In this document: in pieces, positions 9,769 through 20,375 of the stretch
Layout of the letters: the number at the start of each line of letters is the position of its first letter
Position numbering within the stretch: position 1 is the first letter of the stretch
Assembly: GCA_002269645.1 (NCBI GenBank)
Contig: NIVC01001732.1
Span: forward strand, 1 to 32,375
Source of the DNA: Macrostomum lignano
Lineage: Eukaryota
Reading direction: 5' to 3'
DNA: 32,375 nt
The notes under the pieces: model-generated
What the model saw: the letters and a program-made list of their open reading frames with translations, nothing else
Databases searched by the model: none
What the model was told of the DNA's origin: nothing
Position numbers and translations under genes: made by a program

Positions 9769-12700
9769 ATGGATGAGGAAACTGACTCGAGCAGCAATCT
9801 TCGGCATGACAGTGCGCCCAATGCCACAGTTGTGGACTCCAATCCATCATTTAATCGCAATTCATTCCGTTCCACATTTCGATTGCCTCCAAATCGAGTC
9901 ACCCAGGCTAGCGCTGATGGGGACATTGCATTGGCTGATGCAGCTGCAGCCGCTGCCAACGCTGTCGAGGCCTCCATTGTAGCCACCGACTCCACCACCT
10001 GCGACAGCGGTTTGGAGCAGTCGCCCGCCGCTGATGCTGAACTCTTGACAACATCGCCTCGTTCTAGTGCGAGTCCGCGGCTGGCTGAAGATGACAGTGT
10101 AAGTTTCTGCCCGTGTTCACCTGCGTCTACTTGTGTGTCACTTTTATTGCTTGATCGGCTACACTTCTCTCACCTTACCCACCCCTAACTGCACCTGCTA
10201 ACTCTCTCTTACCTCACCCACCCCTAATTGCAGCTGCTAACTCTCTCTCACCTCACCCACCCCAAATTGCACCTGCTAACCCTCATCTCACCCACCCCTA
10301 ATTGCAGCTGCTAACTCTCTCTCACCTCACCCACCTCTAATTGCAGCTGCTAACTCTCTCACCTCACCCACCCCTATTTGCACCTGCTAACTCTCTCTCA
10401 CCTCACCCGCCCCTAATTGCACCTGCTAACTCTCTCTTACCTCACCCACCCCTAATTGCACCTGCTAACTCTCTCTCACCTCACCCACCTCTAATTGCAG
10501 CTGCTAACTCTCTCACCTCACCCACCCCTAATTGCACCTGCTAACTCTCTCTCACCTCACCCGCCCCTAATTGCACCTGCTAACTCTCTCTTATCTCACC
10601 CACCCCTAATTGCACCTGCTAACTCTCTCTCACCTCACCCACCCCTAATTGCACCTGCTAACCCTCATCTCATTCTCACCCACCCCTAATTGCACCTGCT
10701 AACTCTCTCTCACCTCACCCACCCCTAATTGCACCTGCTAACCCTCATCTCATTCTCACCCACCCCTAATTGCACTTGCTAACACTCTCTCACCTCACCC
10801 AACCCTAATTGTTAATTACACCACCAATTAACAAATTTAAAACCTGCTTAAAAAAATTTTGACCCAGATAACAGAAATAGCGAGGGGGGCCGTAGCCCAG
10901 CGGTAGCGCAGCTGCTCTGGTGTGCCAGCGACCCGGGCTCGATTCCAAGTGCAGTCACATTAATTTGGGGCTGAATTGGAATCTCGGCTTGGCTCTGCTC
11001 GTGCAATTAACGGCCTTGAGAGCCAACCCCCAAGGCGCAGTGAAGTGTACATGCCTAACAATAATATAAAGTTAGGGCCGCTGTACACTCCTGTGTGAGT
11101 GTGTGCCTGCGTACGTATCCGCGCGCTTGTATGCCTGCTCAGGGGAGTCGGCGGAATGGGCAGTAATGCCTCTCGCCGGTTGTGTGCCTATGTCGCTTAA
11201 AGTGCGCCAGGGTGTATACAACCCCCCTGCCTCTAATAAAAAAAACAGAAATAGCGAAATCGTCTAATATCATTTGCTCGGCCACTTGTGTAAGCTGAAA
11301 AGCTGTCATTGCACATGTACATGATAAGCTCACACATCTGCAGTTAGGAGCTGAAGAGCTGTCATTGCACATGTACATGATAAGCTCACAAATCTGCAGT
11401 TAGGAGCTGAAGAGCTGTCATTGCACATGTACATGATAAGCTCACAAATCTGCAGTTAGGAGCTGAAGAGCTGTCATTGCACATGTACATGATAAGCTCA
11501 CAAATCTGCAGTTAGGAGCTGAAGAGCTGTCATTGCACATGTACATGATAAGCTCACAAATCTGCAGTTAGGAGCTGAAGAGCTGTCATTGCACATGTAC
11601 ATGATAAGCTCACAAATCTGCAGTTAGGAGCTGAAGAGCTGTCATTGCACATGTACATGATAAGCTCACACATCTGCAGTTAGGAGCTGAAGAGCTGACA
11701 TTGCACATGTACATGATAAGCTCACACATCTGCAGTTAGGAGCTGAAGAGCTGACATTGCACATGTACATGATAAGCTCACACATCTGCAGTTAGGAGCT
11801 GGACTTTGAAAAAAATGCTTAATATGGCTAAGTAGAAAAGCTTAACCCGACCCCAACTGTCCATTCAGGAAAGAGGTACCCCGACAGAGAGGTAGTGGAA
11901 AAAAGCTTAGGAGTGGCCAAGCACACTAAGCAGCTGTTGTTGCTTGGTCTTGGTCGCTAAGGCGAGTTTCCTGTCTCTAAGCTACACTCTCCCTATGCAG
12001 AAAGTTTATATTCTCTTCAGCCATATCCTATTTGTATGTTTTAGTTAGCTAGCTGAAGTCTGCTAGCATAACTGGCCTCTTCAATGCTTATTAACAATCG
12101 GGGTATTGAGTTTTATAGATAGCCTAAGCTTAGTATAAGAGCCAGCCGTTCAATACAATTTTGACTCTTTCCAAGTTACTGGCAAGGCTCTGTTTCTCCC
12201 TGTCTCTGTCTCTCTGGCCAAAAGCTGGCATGCCCAAAGACTGTCAGAGTCACAGCGCCAGCGGCACTGGAGCGGCCTCAGCGGCAGCAACTGCAGCTGA
12301 TTTACGCAAATTGCAGTCCAGGGTAACGCAGGCTGTTCTTTTATATTCTAGTTTTTTGAACCCTTTGAAGATTGCCCAGTTGTTGTTTGCACTGGCCTGT
12401 TTGTCTGTCTGCCCGCCCCCCTTCCCTGGTTGAGCATTTTATAAGACCCCCCGCCCTGACTGTCTCTGGGCCCCGATCCGTACCCGCAGTTCAACCAGGC
12501 TGCCTCGGAGTTCGAGCGCCAATCTGTGCTGCTGCCCAGCGCCGATTTGCACCTGCAATTCGCTGGCGGTTCGAGCACCGTTGCTAGGCAACAACAGCCA
12601 GGGGCAGATAGGCCACTGCCGACTGAGCCTCCGGCTGGAACTGCGGCTGTCAACGGGTGCGAGGAGAAACAGCACCTGCCCGCTGTTGAAGACGGCAACT

Positions 12701-15700
12701 GCGACCCTGAGGCGCTGGAAGAGGCCGCCTCGGCCAGTGCGGGAGACTGCGAGGCTGAGCAGGAACGGGCTGAGGTGCCAGGCGGCTGCGAGGAACCGCC
12801 GGCAGAAGAAGCAGGGATCGGCACTGAGCGTGTGAGTGTCTGCCTATCTGCCTATCTATCTGCCTATCTATCTGCATATCTGCCTATTCATCTGCCTATG
12901 TGCATATCTATCTGCCTATCTATCTGTATATCTGCCTATTCATCTGCCTATCTATCTGCATATCTGCCTATTCATCTGCCTATCTGTCTGCCTATCTGCC
13001 TATCTATCTGCCTATCTGCATATCTATCTGCCTATCTGCCTATCTATCTGCCTATCATCTATCTATCTATCTATCTATCTATCATCTATGGATCTATCAT
13101 TCTGTCATCTATCTATCTATCTATCTATCTATCATATCTATCTATCTATAACTATCTATATATCCATCTATCTATCTATATATCCATCTATCTATCTATC
13201 CATCTATCTATCCATCTATATATCCATCTATCTATCTATCCATCTATCTATCCATCTATCTATCTATCTATCTATCTATCCATCTATCTATCTATCTATC
13301 TATCATCTATAGTGGCTCTCTTGCCAATTTTGTCAAAGTTTTAACAACATTTATAAATTTGTGTACAACTTTTCCTCTGTCTAATTGGTTCATACATACG
13401 GCTAATATTGAACTCAAACAGCCAGCTCCATCAGAAGTTCAACAGGACCCGCCGCAGCAGCAGCAAGAGTCTGTTCTAGAGGAGCCATCAAGTCGCAAAG
13501 ATCAGGCGGCCAGCGGGCTGTCAGGCTCTCCCTGTCTGTCAGATTCTATCGATAATTTATTGGGCCAATTGCCGGACTTTGAAGAGCAAGAATTAGAACA
13601 GGCAATTTTGTTGTTTCTCGTTTTAGCCTTTTTTGGTGTCCGGAGGGTTAAATTTGCTTCTGCTTTTTCAAAGGAAGGGCTTTGTTGCCTTACTTTAGTC
13701 GGTAGAGTTTTTTCTGCTTTTAAAATTTTTCGGCGCGACTGTCGCGACTTTCGTAGCCTGGAATTTCTGTACCAATTTCTTCTAATATTTCGCGTTGCTT
13801 AAGAAGGTTATTCCAAGTGGTTTCATTGATCGCTTAATTGATTTACTTTAACAAAAATAATTCGCTCTGAGGACTAAGATGTGCGTTTGTCCGCTCCTGT
13901 TCAATTCTTTTTCAGTTGCTGGCCTCCGGAGCTGAAGACGACTCGATGGTGAGCTGCGCTTCGCTTCTTGAGACCTGCCCTAGGATTCAGTTTTTTTACC
14001 AGACTGATTCACAGACTAAATCAAAGATTTACGGACTGATTCACAGATGCCCAGACTTATTCACAGATCCCCAGACTTATTCACAGATCCCCAGACTTAT
14101 TTCTTACAAATCCCCAGACTTATTCACAGATCCCCAGACTTATTCACAGACCCCCAACCTGATTCACAGATGCCCAGACCGATAAAAACACCCCGGACTG
14201 ATGCACTGGTTTCCAGACCTACTCTGAAACCCCCAGACCTGCTCTGAAACCCCCAGACCTGTTCTGAAACCCCCAGAGCTGTTCTGAAACCCCCAGACCT
14301 GCTCTGAAACCCCCAGACCTGCTCTGAAACCCCCAGACCTGCTCTGAAACCCCCAGACCTGCTCTGAAACCCCCAGACCTGCTCTGAAACCCCCAGACCT
14401 GCTCTGAAACCCCCAGACCTGCTCTGAAACCCCCAGACCTGCTCTGAAACCCCCAGACCTGCTCTGAAACCCCCAGACCTGCTCTGAAACCCCCAGACCT
14501 GCTCTGAAACCCAGACCTGCTCTGAAACCCCCAGACCTGCTCTGAAACTCCAGACCTGCTCTGAAACTCCAGACCTGCTCTGAAACCCAGACCTGCTCTG
14601 AAACCCCTAGACCTGCTCCCTTCACTTAAATATGCCTCAAAATTGTTGCAGAGATCGCAGACAGCCGGCAGCGCCAACCACACTGGACACGAAAAATCGA
14701 AGTCCCCAACGCCTTCCCAGCTGCCAGCTTCATCTTCGACATCAGCGACATCTCAGCAGCAGCAGTTGCGAAAGCAGGAGTCGCGGATTCGCAGTCTAAC
14801 AGCTGAGAACGCCCGCCTGCAGTCTGAGCTAGACAGCTGTCGCCTCGTGTTCCGCGAGTTCGATCGCTGCCTCCGCCTGGTGGCCGACAAACGACATGAT
14901 GCCGATGCCCAGGTCGTCGAGCTGATGCGTGACCGGGACCAGGCTCTTGAAGACCTGCAGTCGGTTGAGAAAGCCTTCTCAGATCTGCACAAACGATTCG
15001 AGAAATCCAAACAAGTAATTGAGTCGCTGAGAGCCAATGAGCAGGCTCTGCACCGGTCTGTGCAGGTGAGTTGTATACCGATATGTTGCGTAGATAACTT
15101 AAATACTTGCAGAGTTGTCTTGCGGTAAAAAACGCGTCAGGAGGGCCAACTGTAAAGGCACGGAGAGTTGTGCATGCCTCTAACGATTAAAAAGTCAGTG
15201 CCGCAACACTCACTATTTAGACTGGCCATGCGACTTACTTTGACCAAAAATGCGACTTACCTATAAAAGAAATCTAAGCAATTTTGGGTAAACGGCAGGA
15301 GTAACTATAATTGTATTATTAAGGCTGAATGCTTCGTCGTCTAATTAGTATTGCGTCTATTTTTGGTGGCATTTTTGCGACTTACCTTGGCTGGGCCCCT
15401 CACTAGCCTAGCCGGTCATGTGTTGCGCATGTATGGTGTGTGCATCGTATGAGTGCGTGCCTGCGTACTGTATTAGCGCTTTTGTGGAGTTGGCGGAATG
15501 GGTAAAATCTCTGCTAGTTGTGAAAAAATGTCCTACTGATTAAAAGGGCCGTTTTTACTCTAAACAGCTATTGGCAGAAAACTATGAATAAACACATTGC
15601 TGACCCCAAAATTGCCTCTCCACAGGAGCACCAGGCTCGAATGAAGCGCAACGAGCAGAAATACTTGACGCTGAAGGCGCACGCCGAGGAGAAACTCGAG

Positions 15701-15937
15701 GCGGCCAATCGGCACATCGATGAGCAGCGGCGGAACAGCGAGTCGGAGCTGGCCAGGCTACAGGCGGTGCTGCGCAAAGCGGAACTGCAGGCGCAAAATC
15801 TGCAAGCCCAATTGGATCACAAGGTGCAGGAGAATGCCGAGCTCACCAGCATCTGCGACGAGCTGATCAATAGGTTGGCGACGAGAAAAGCTAACCTTTT
15901 TGCTGCTCATTTTTGCTTTGAATCTTTGAAAAAATGA
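9769..15937 (+). CDS. TACC: Transforming acidic coiled-coil (TACC) family protein
   Basis: The C-terminal TACC domain is clear in exons 14652-15065 (RDQALEDLQSVEKAFSDLHKRFEKSKQVIESLRANE) and 15626-15937 (KYLTLKAHAEEKLEAAN...KVQENAELTSICDELI). Phase-0 upstream exons are ~12225-12322, 12490-12831, 13422-13601 (putative GC donor) and 13916-13948. The putative first exon 9769-10098 (strong GTAAGT donor) and the exact 3' end (a possible donor at 15874) are less certain. Confidence 0.88.
10173..10810 (+). repeat. ~38-bp C-rich minisatellite (CCCACCCCTAATTGCACCTGCTAACTCTCTCTCACCTCA), TACC intron
   Basis: About 16 tandem copies. Confidence 0.92.
10884..11243 (+). mobile_element. Full-length tRNA-derived SINE (360 bp) with 14-bp TSD
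   Basis: Pol III A box TAGCCCAGCGG (10893-10903), B box GGCTCGATTCC (10936-10946), 3' AATAAAAAA tail, and an identical flanking direct repeat AACAGAAATAGCGA at 10870-10883 and 11244-11257. Confidence 0.88.
11301..11801 (+). repeat. 56-bp near-perfect tandem repeat, about 9 copies
   Basis: Unit AGCTGTCATTGCACATGTACATGATAAGCTCACAAATCTGCAGTTAGGAGCTGAAG. Confidence 0.95.
12838..13308 (+). repeat. Compound microsatellite (ATCTGCCT grading into ATCT/ATCC)
   Basis: Directly visible. It begins immediately after the GTGAGT donor at 12832. Confidence 0.95.
14020..14617 (+). repeat. Two adjacent related minisatellites: 19-mer CCCAGACTTATTCACAGAT (~14020-14180) and 20-mer CCCCAGACCTGCTCTGAAAC (~14225-14617)
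   Basis: Tandem copies are visible in TACC intron 13949-14651. Confidence 0.92.
15141..15525 (+). mobile_element. Diverged, 5'-truncated and interrupted relative of the SINE at 10884
   Basis: 15141-15215 (gagggccaac..aaggcacggagagttgtgcatgcctctaac..aaagtcagtgccgc..acactc) and 15450-15522 (gagtgcgtgcctgcgtac..ggagttggcggaatggg..gttgtg) are collinear with the body of the first SINE. About 185 bp of unrelated sequence lies between two CTCACTA copies. Confidence 0.6.
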
Positions 15938-17509
15938 AGCTTCAGTCTTCAAACATTTTCTAAGAAACAAACTCCCGTCTACTTGGATCAATCGTAATTG
16001 GTACATGGAATTTTAAATTGCTTGCAGCATTCCTGGAACTGCGCAATTTTGTCTGTGTCTATTTTTTGCCCACTTTATTTTTAACTTGAATTGAATTCCC
16101 TTTTCTATAAATTAAACAGCAGCCGTTACTACTATAGCGTGATAAAGGTGATAATTGATTATTTACTCGTTTCTTCGCATAATGTTCCGTTTGAACAAAG
16201 ATCAATAGTGCATGGTCTCTGCTTTACTTGATATCCGCTTGTTGAGTTATTAATTGTTGCAATTATTTATGCAGTGTATTATACAGACAATTTTATTCGT
16301 GCGTTCAACTTCTTGGCAATTTTTGTAAATTTAATCTTATTGACTCGCCGAAATTCCAATGCCTAGGATGTCCGTCACTGAGTGACGGGCGTGACCAAAC
16401 GTTTACTTTTTACCTGTAGTTATATTAGTGCATTGTAAATGCATTTATTTTTTAATTACAAACTGAACTGTTATTGTCTGTTTTGTCCGGCATGAAATAT
16501 TTCCTATTGTTAAAAAATATCCAAATTAAAATCTGCTTCGTAGAAATAATTTTCTATTTTATTCTAGGTTATCTACTATCTAGCTATATAATGTTTTTGA
16601 CCGACCGATTCGGGTTTCAGTAAAATTCTGCTTTCTTTCTATTTATGATACATGACTGCCATTTCTTCTATTCCAAGCTGTACAGTGGAAATTGATATTA
16701 TATGAAAATAAACTCTAAAAATATTATTTAAAGCTAGTCATGAAATTCAGTGATGCTCCAGAGTCACCCAAGCCAACTTTCACCGAACGTTAAACAATCT
16801 TCATTTTTACTTTCAATTTTATTACGCAATACATAATAGTAAATTTACCCTCATGTCGCGAATATCTCCGGCCCAATGATGATAATGAAGAATAAACCCC
16901 GCAAGCAGATAATGTTTGAATACAACTTGCAATATTTCACTGCATGTGCATTTACCGGTACATGTTCTTTGTACTTTTTATGTGCAATAAGTTACATGTA
17001 CGCAGTCCTTTGCTATAACATGCTAACATCTAACATCGTTAAGCACTATGAAAATAAAATTGCGACTACGTCTGCTCAATCTACTGTGTTCGAATGCGGT
17101 CAAATTTCTTGCTTTACAGTGCTCGGATCGGAACTTTATTTTCGATGTGCATACCGCAGCTGTGGAACGGTCCTAATTTTTTAATTTTTTATAAAACATA
17201 ACAAAAAGTGGAACAAATTAATTTTTTAAAATCTGTTTGGGTTTTTAATATAATTTGTTTAAAAAAAAATTCTTTTTAGATTGTTATTAGCTAAATATAA
17301 ATATTCTTTCCTCTATTGAATAAAAATTCAATTAACCTTTCTTGCTTGTTTTCTGTGAGCTAGCGGCGGCGCTGGTTGCTTATGTCTTATGAAAAAGAAA
17401 ACCTTCGACTCCCTTCAGAGGGAATGGTGATAGACGGTAAGATTCTTTACTATTTATGTTTATAGGGTCGCCATACATATACCTTAAATTACCCTAGCTA
17501 ATGCTGGTA

Positions 17510-17577
17510 CTGGTACCCATTTTATAGCTAGGTGAACTGAAGCAATGCAGAGTTAAGTGTGTTGCTCAAGGACACAA
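17510..17577 (-). mobile_element. CORE-SINE (MIR core-like) fragment
   Basis: The reverse complement reads tgtgtccttgagcaacacacttaactctgcattgcttcagttcacctagctataaaatggg. This aligns by eye with the MIR/CORE domain as I recall it (tgtgaccttgggcaagtcacttaacctctctgagcctcagtttcctcatctgtaaaatggg). Confidence 0.65.
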
Positions 17578-18249
17578 ATTGTTCCAAGTCCAAGGTGGAC
17601 TTCTTGAACTTTAGGTACGTAAAATAGTTGTAGTTTTAATTGGATCATAATTTTGTCTTTATATGGGTTTTTGATGGTGCTGATTTTAAATTTGAGCTTC
17701 ATTTTTTCGTAGCTTAAAGCCAACCACCACCATAGTCAGGATGATGTACATTATGCCAGAAATTTCTGGTGTACAATTGAAAATTTTACTTTTTTTTGGT
17801 GTACAATTGGCGTAAAAAAATGAGGCAAAATATATTTGGTGTACCTTTTGGCGTGACGCCGTGGCGTAAATACGCCAAGCAGCGTACGCCAACTCCAACC
17901 TTCACGCCAAAGTTAATATTAACAATTGTTGGCATAATGCCGTAACCTCAGAATCTTATTATAAAATCATAAAAACCGTAAAACTAGTAAGCGAAGATGA
18001 AAGTTCATAGGCCCTAACTATTCATGATTTATAAAAATTTAAAATTCCACAGAAACTAATTGTGTTGCATTGTTGATTTTCTAAAAAAACTTAAACAAAA
18101 AATTGATTTTTGTTGGCATTATCTGTAAGCCAATTTACTTTAAAGGAAAACCACACATTTGTTAAATTTTTATTGTTAAAAATGTGTAACACCAAAAAGG
18201 TCATTTATTGTCGCAAAGCCTAGAAAACCTAGCATAAGTTCCTTGGACC

Positions 18250-18900
18250 CCATAGTGCGGAAGGATTTCTGTATACGACGGAAGGTAAATTTTCATTTTG
18301 GCCTGTTGTATGACAGTACGACAGGGATTGGAAAATGGTACTAGTGTTGTACGACAGAGTTAGAGTTTAAGGAAGTGCTGTACGACAAAAATAGTCAACT
18401 TTTTGAATATGTGGGTAGGTGCGGGAAATTCTTGATATTGTGTTTTTTTTAATATGCAAAGTAAAACAACAGATATATTGTACTTTTCTGCTTGCAATGT
18501 CAAGTATAGTTTTGCGCCAATAAAATTGAATTTAAGAGTTTGTACAAATATAATACTGATAATTAAAATTACCCTTTGAGTGGAAAAGTGCAACTATTGA
18601 ATTTTTACTTCTTTGCTTCAATGCAATATGTTAACAACGACGTTATAAGGTAGTTACAAGACTACGAGTATCTGGTACTAGTGTCCGATTGTCTATCAAA
18701 GGAATACTAACTATGTCTATACTTCATGTATGAGTCGTATGACATTGACAAGTGTACGACAGACAGACATGTAACATGTTTACATGTACGACAGTGTACA
18801 ACATAGCGCCCCCCAAAAATTAGCGATGTACGACATGTACGACAGGCGATCCCTGTGTACGACAGAGATTTCTGGCATATACCGTCCTTCCGCACTATGG
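18250..18900. mobile_element. Non-autonomous DNA transposon (MITE), 651 bp, 16-bp TIR, 8-bp TSD
   Basis: TIR CCATAGTGCGGAAGGA at 18250-18265 and its exact reverse complement at 18885-18900. TSD CTTGGACC at 18242-18249 and 18901-18908. Eight internal GTACGAC motifs. Confidence 0.85.
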
Positions 18901-19020
18901 CTTGGACCTTGGCATATGTTTCAGTATAAAGTGGCATAGATTTTTTTGGGGGACTTTTTATTCCGGTGTATACCATGACATGATCCTGACTATGGAACCA
19001 CCAGGTCCAGGGCATAGGGA

Positions 19021-19284
19021 ATGGGAGAGGTTTTAGGGTGGGGAAAAACTTCATGGGGATTGATTTTATCTACCTTAACTTCAGTAGAGGCATTGGGGTC
19101 TATTGAAGATTAGGTAGGTAAATTCTGAACCCAATGGGGGGCAATAACCAACCACCGTGGCATGGGAGGGTTTTAGGGTGGGAAAAATCTTCATGGGGTT
19201 GGGGATTGATTTTTTATGATTTTATGTACCTAAACTTCAATAAAGGCATGGGGGTCTATTGTAGATTAGGTAGATAAATTTGGA
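19021..19284 (+). repeat. Diverged tandem duplication, two copies, period ~141 bp
   Basis: atggga(ga)ggttttagggtgggaaaaa..cttcatgggg...ggggtctattg.agattaggtag.taaatt begins at 19021 and at ~19162. Confidence 0.8.
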
Positions 19285-20375
19285 GACTAAGAGTGTCTAG
19301 GGAAATTATAATGTAGCTTAAATTAAAAATTTAAGAAGTTATCTGTTATCAAACACCCCCATGTAGAAAAAAATTGAATCTTATCAACCTAATTGATATT
19401 AGTAGCTGTAGTTACCTTTTAGAATAGACTTCAATGCAAATTAGTAGAAATAAGTATAGGTAAGCATTTAAGCAAGTAAAAATGTATAGCTATTTAGAAC
19501 CATGAGAGAATGACAGCAAATTAAAAGCAGGGGTGAGGGTGGTGGCAAACCATGAATCAGCATTTTTTAAAACACTAGACCTAATTTGATGTGGCACTCA
19601 TTGCACCATAATAAACTGAGTAAAGAAAAATTAGAATAGACACTCTTTTTATTGGAGGTAAAATCTAACCCTCTAATTTTTTTTAGAATGAATTTTTTAA
19701 ACTATGGAAAATATTTACCTTTAAGTCATTATTCTAAAAAAGTTTTATTTTCAAATATACAATTCTTCAAAACTAACATAGGGATTAACAAATTGAGCTC
19801 CTGTTAACTTTGAAGATATTTTTGCAGTTTTCTTTGCTTTATTATTATTTTAGACAGCCTCCAAGACTCTATTCTACTTTACAAGAAGAGTCTCCAGTAA
19901 AAGTTTTAGAAAAGTTGGAAAATTGGAAGTATTTGGAACTTTTAACTTTTAATCATAAATACAATGCTCTTACCACTAGGCTATAACCCACTTGTTCAAA
20001 AGTAGCTCTAAAAAGATTATTAAAACAAAACATTAGCATTATACCATTGATTTGAAAATTTTTCACTACCAACTATAGAATATTTTAGTGTGTTACCTGA
20101 TCTGATCAAACCAATTTATTGTCATTATTTTAAATTAAAATTATTATAACAAGGTAATTGTTTAGCATATTTTATGCATTGACATTATGGACATTAATGC
20201 TTTGGCAATGCATATCCCTATGTTACCATAGGAATAGGCCCTAGTTATAGTCTTATTCCTATAAAGAGCTGATAGGCTATGGACGGCTATGGACTGGTAG
20301 GCCTATTATGGAATTATTTTTTGCTTATTTCTACAAGATATAGCCTATCTTATTTATTGATTTATATATGCTGTG

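Noticed and set aside
10884-10960. Possible tRNA gene
   Set aside because: A and B boxes are present, but I could not build a convincing acceptor or anticodon stem. The region continues into a 360-bp unit with an A tail and TSD, so it is a SINE head.
11869-11875. 7-nt micro-exon (CAG|GAAAGAG|GTACCC) that would fix the TACC phase mismatch
   Set aside because: The donor is weak and such short matches arise readily by chance. It is unsupported without transcript data.
12832-13344. Extension of the TACC exon into a YLSI-repeat hydrophobic protein
   Set aside because: This is an ATCT microsatellite after a strong GTGAGT donor, so it is intronic.
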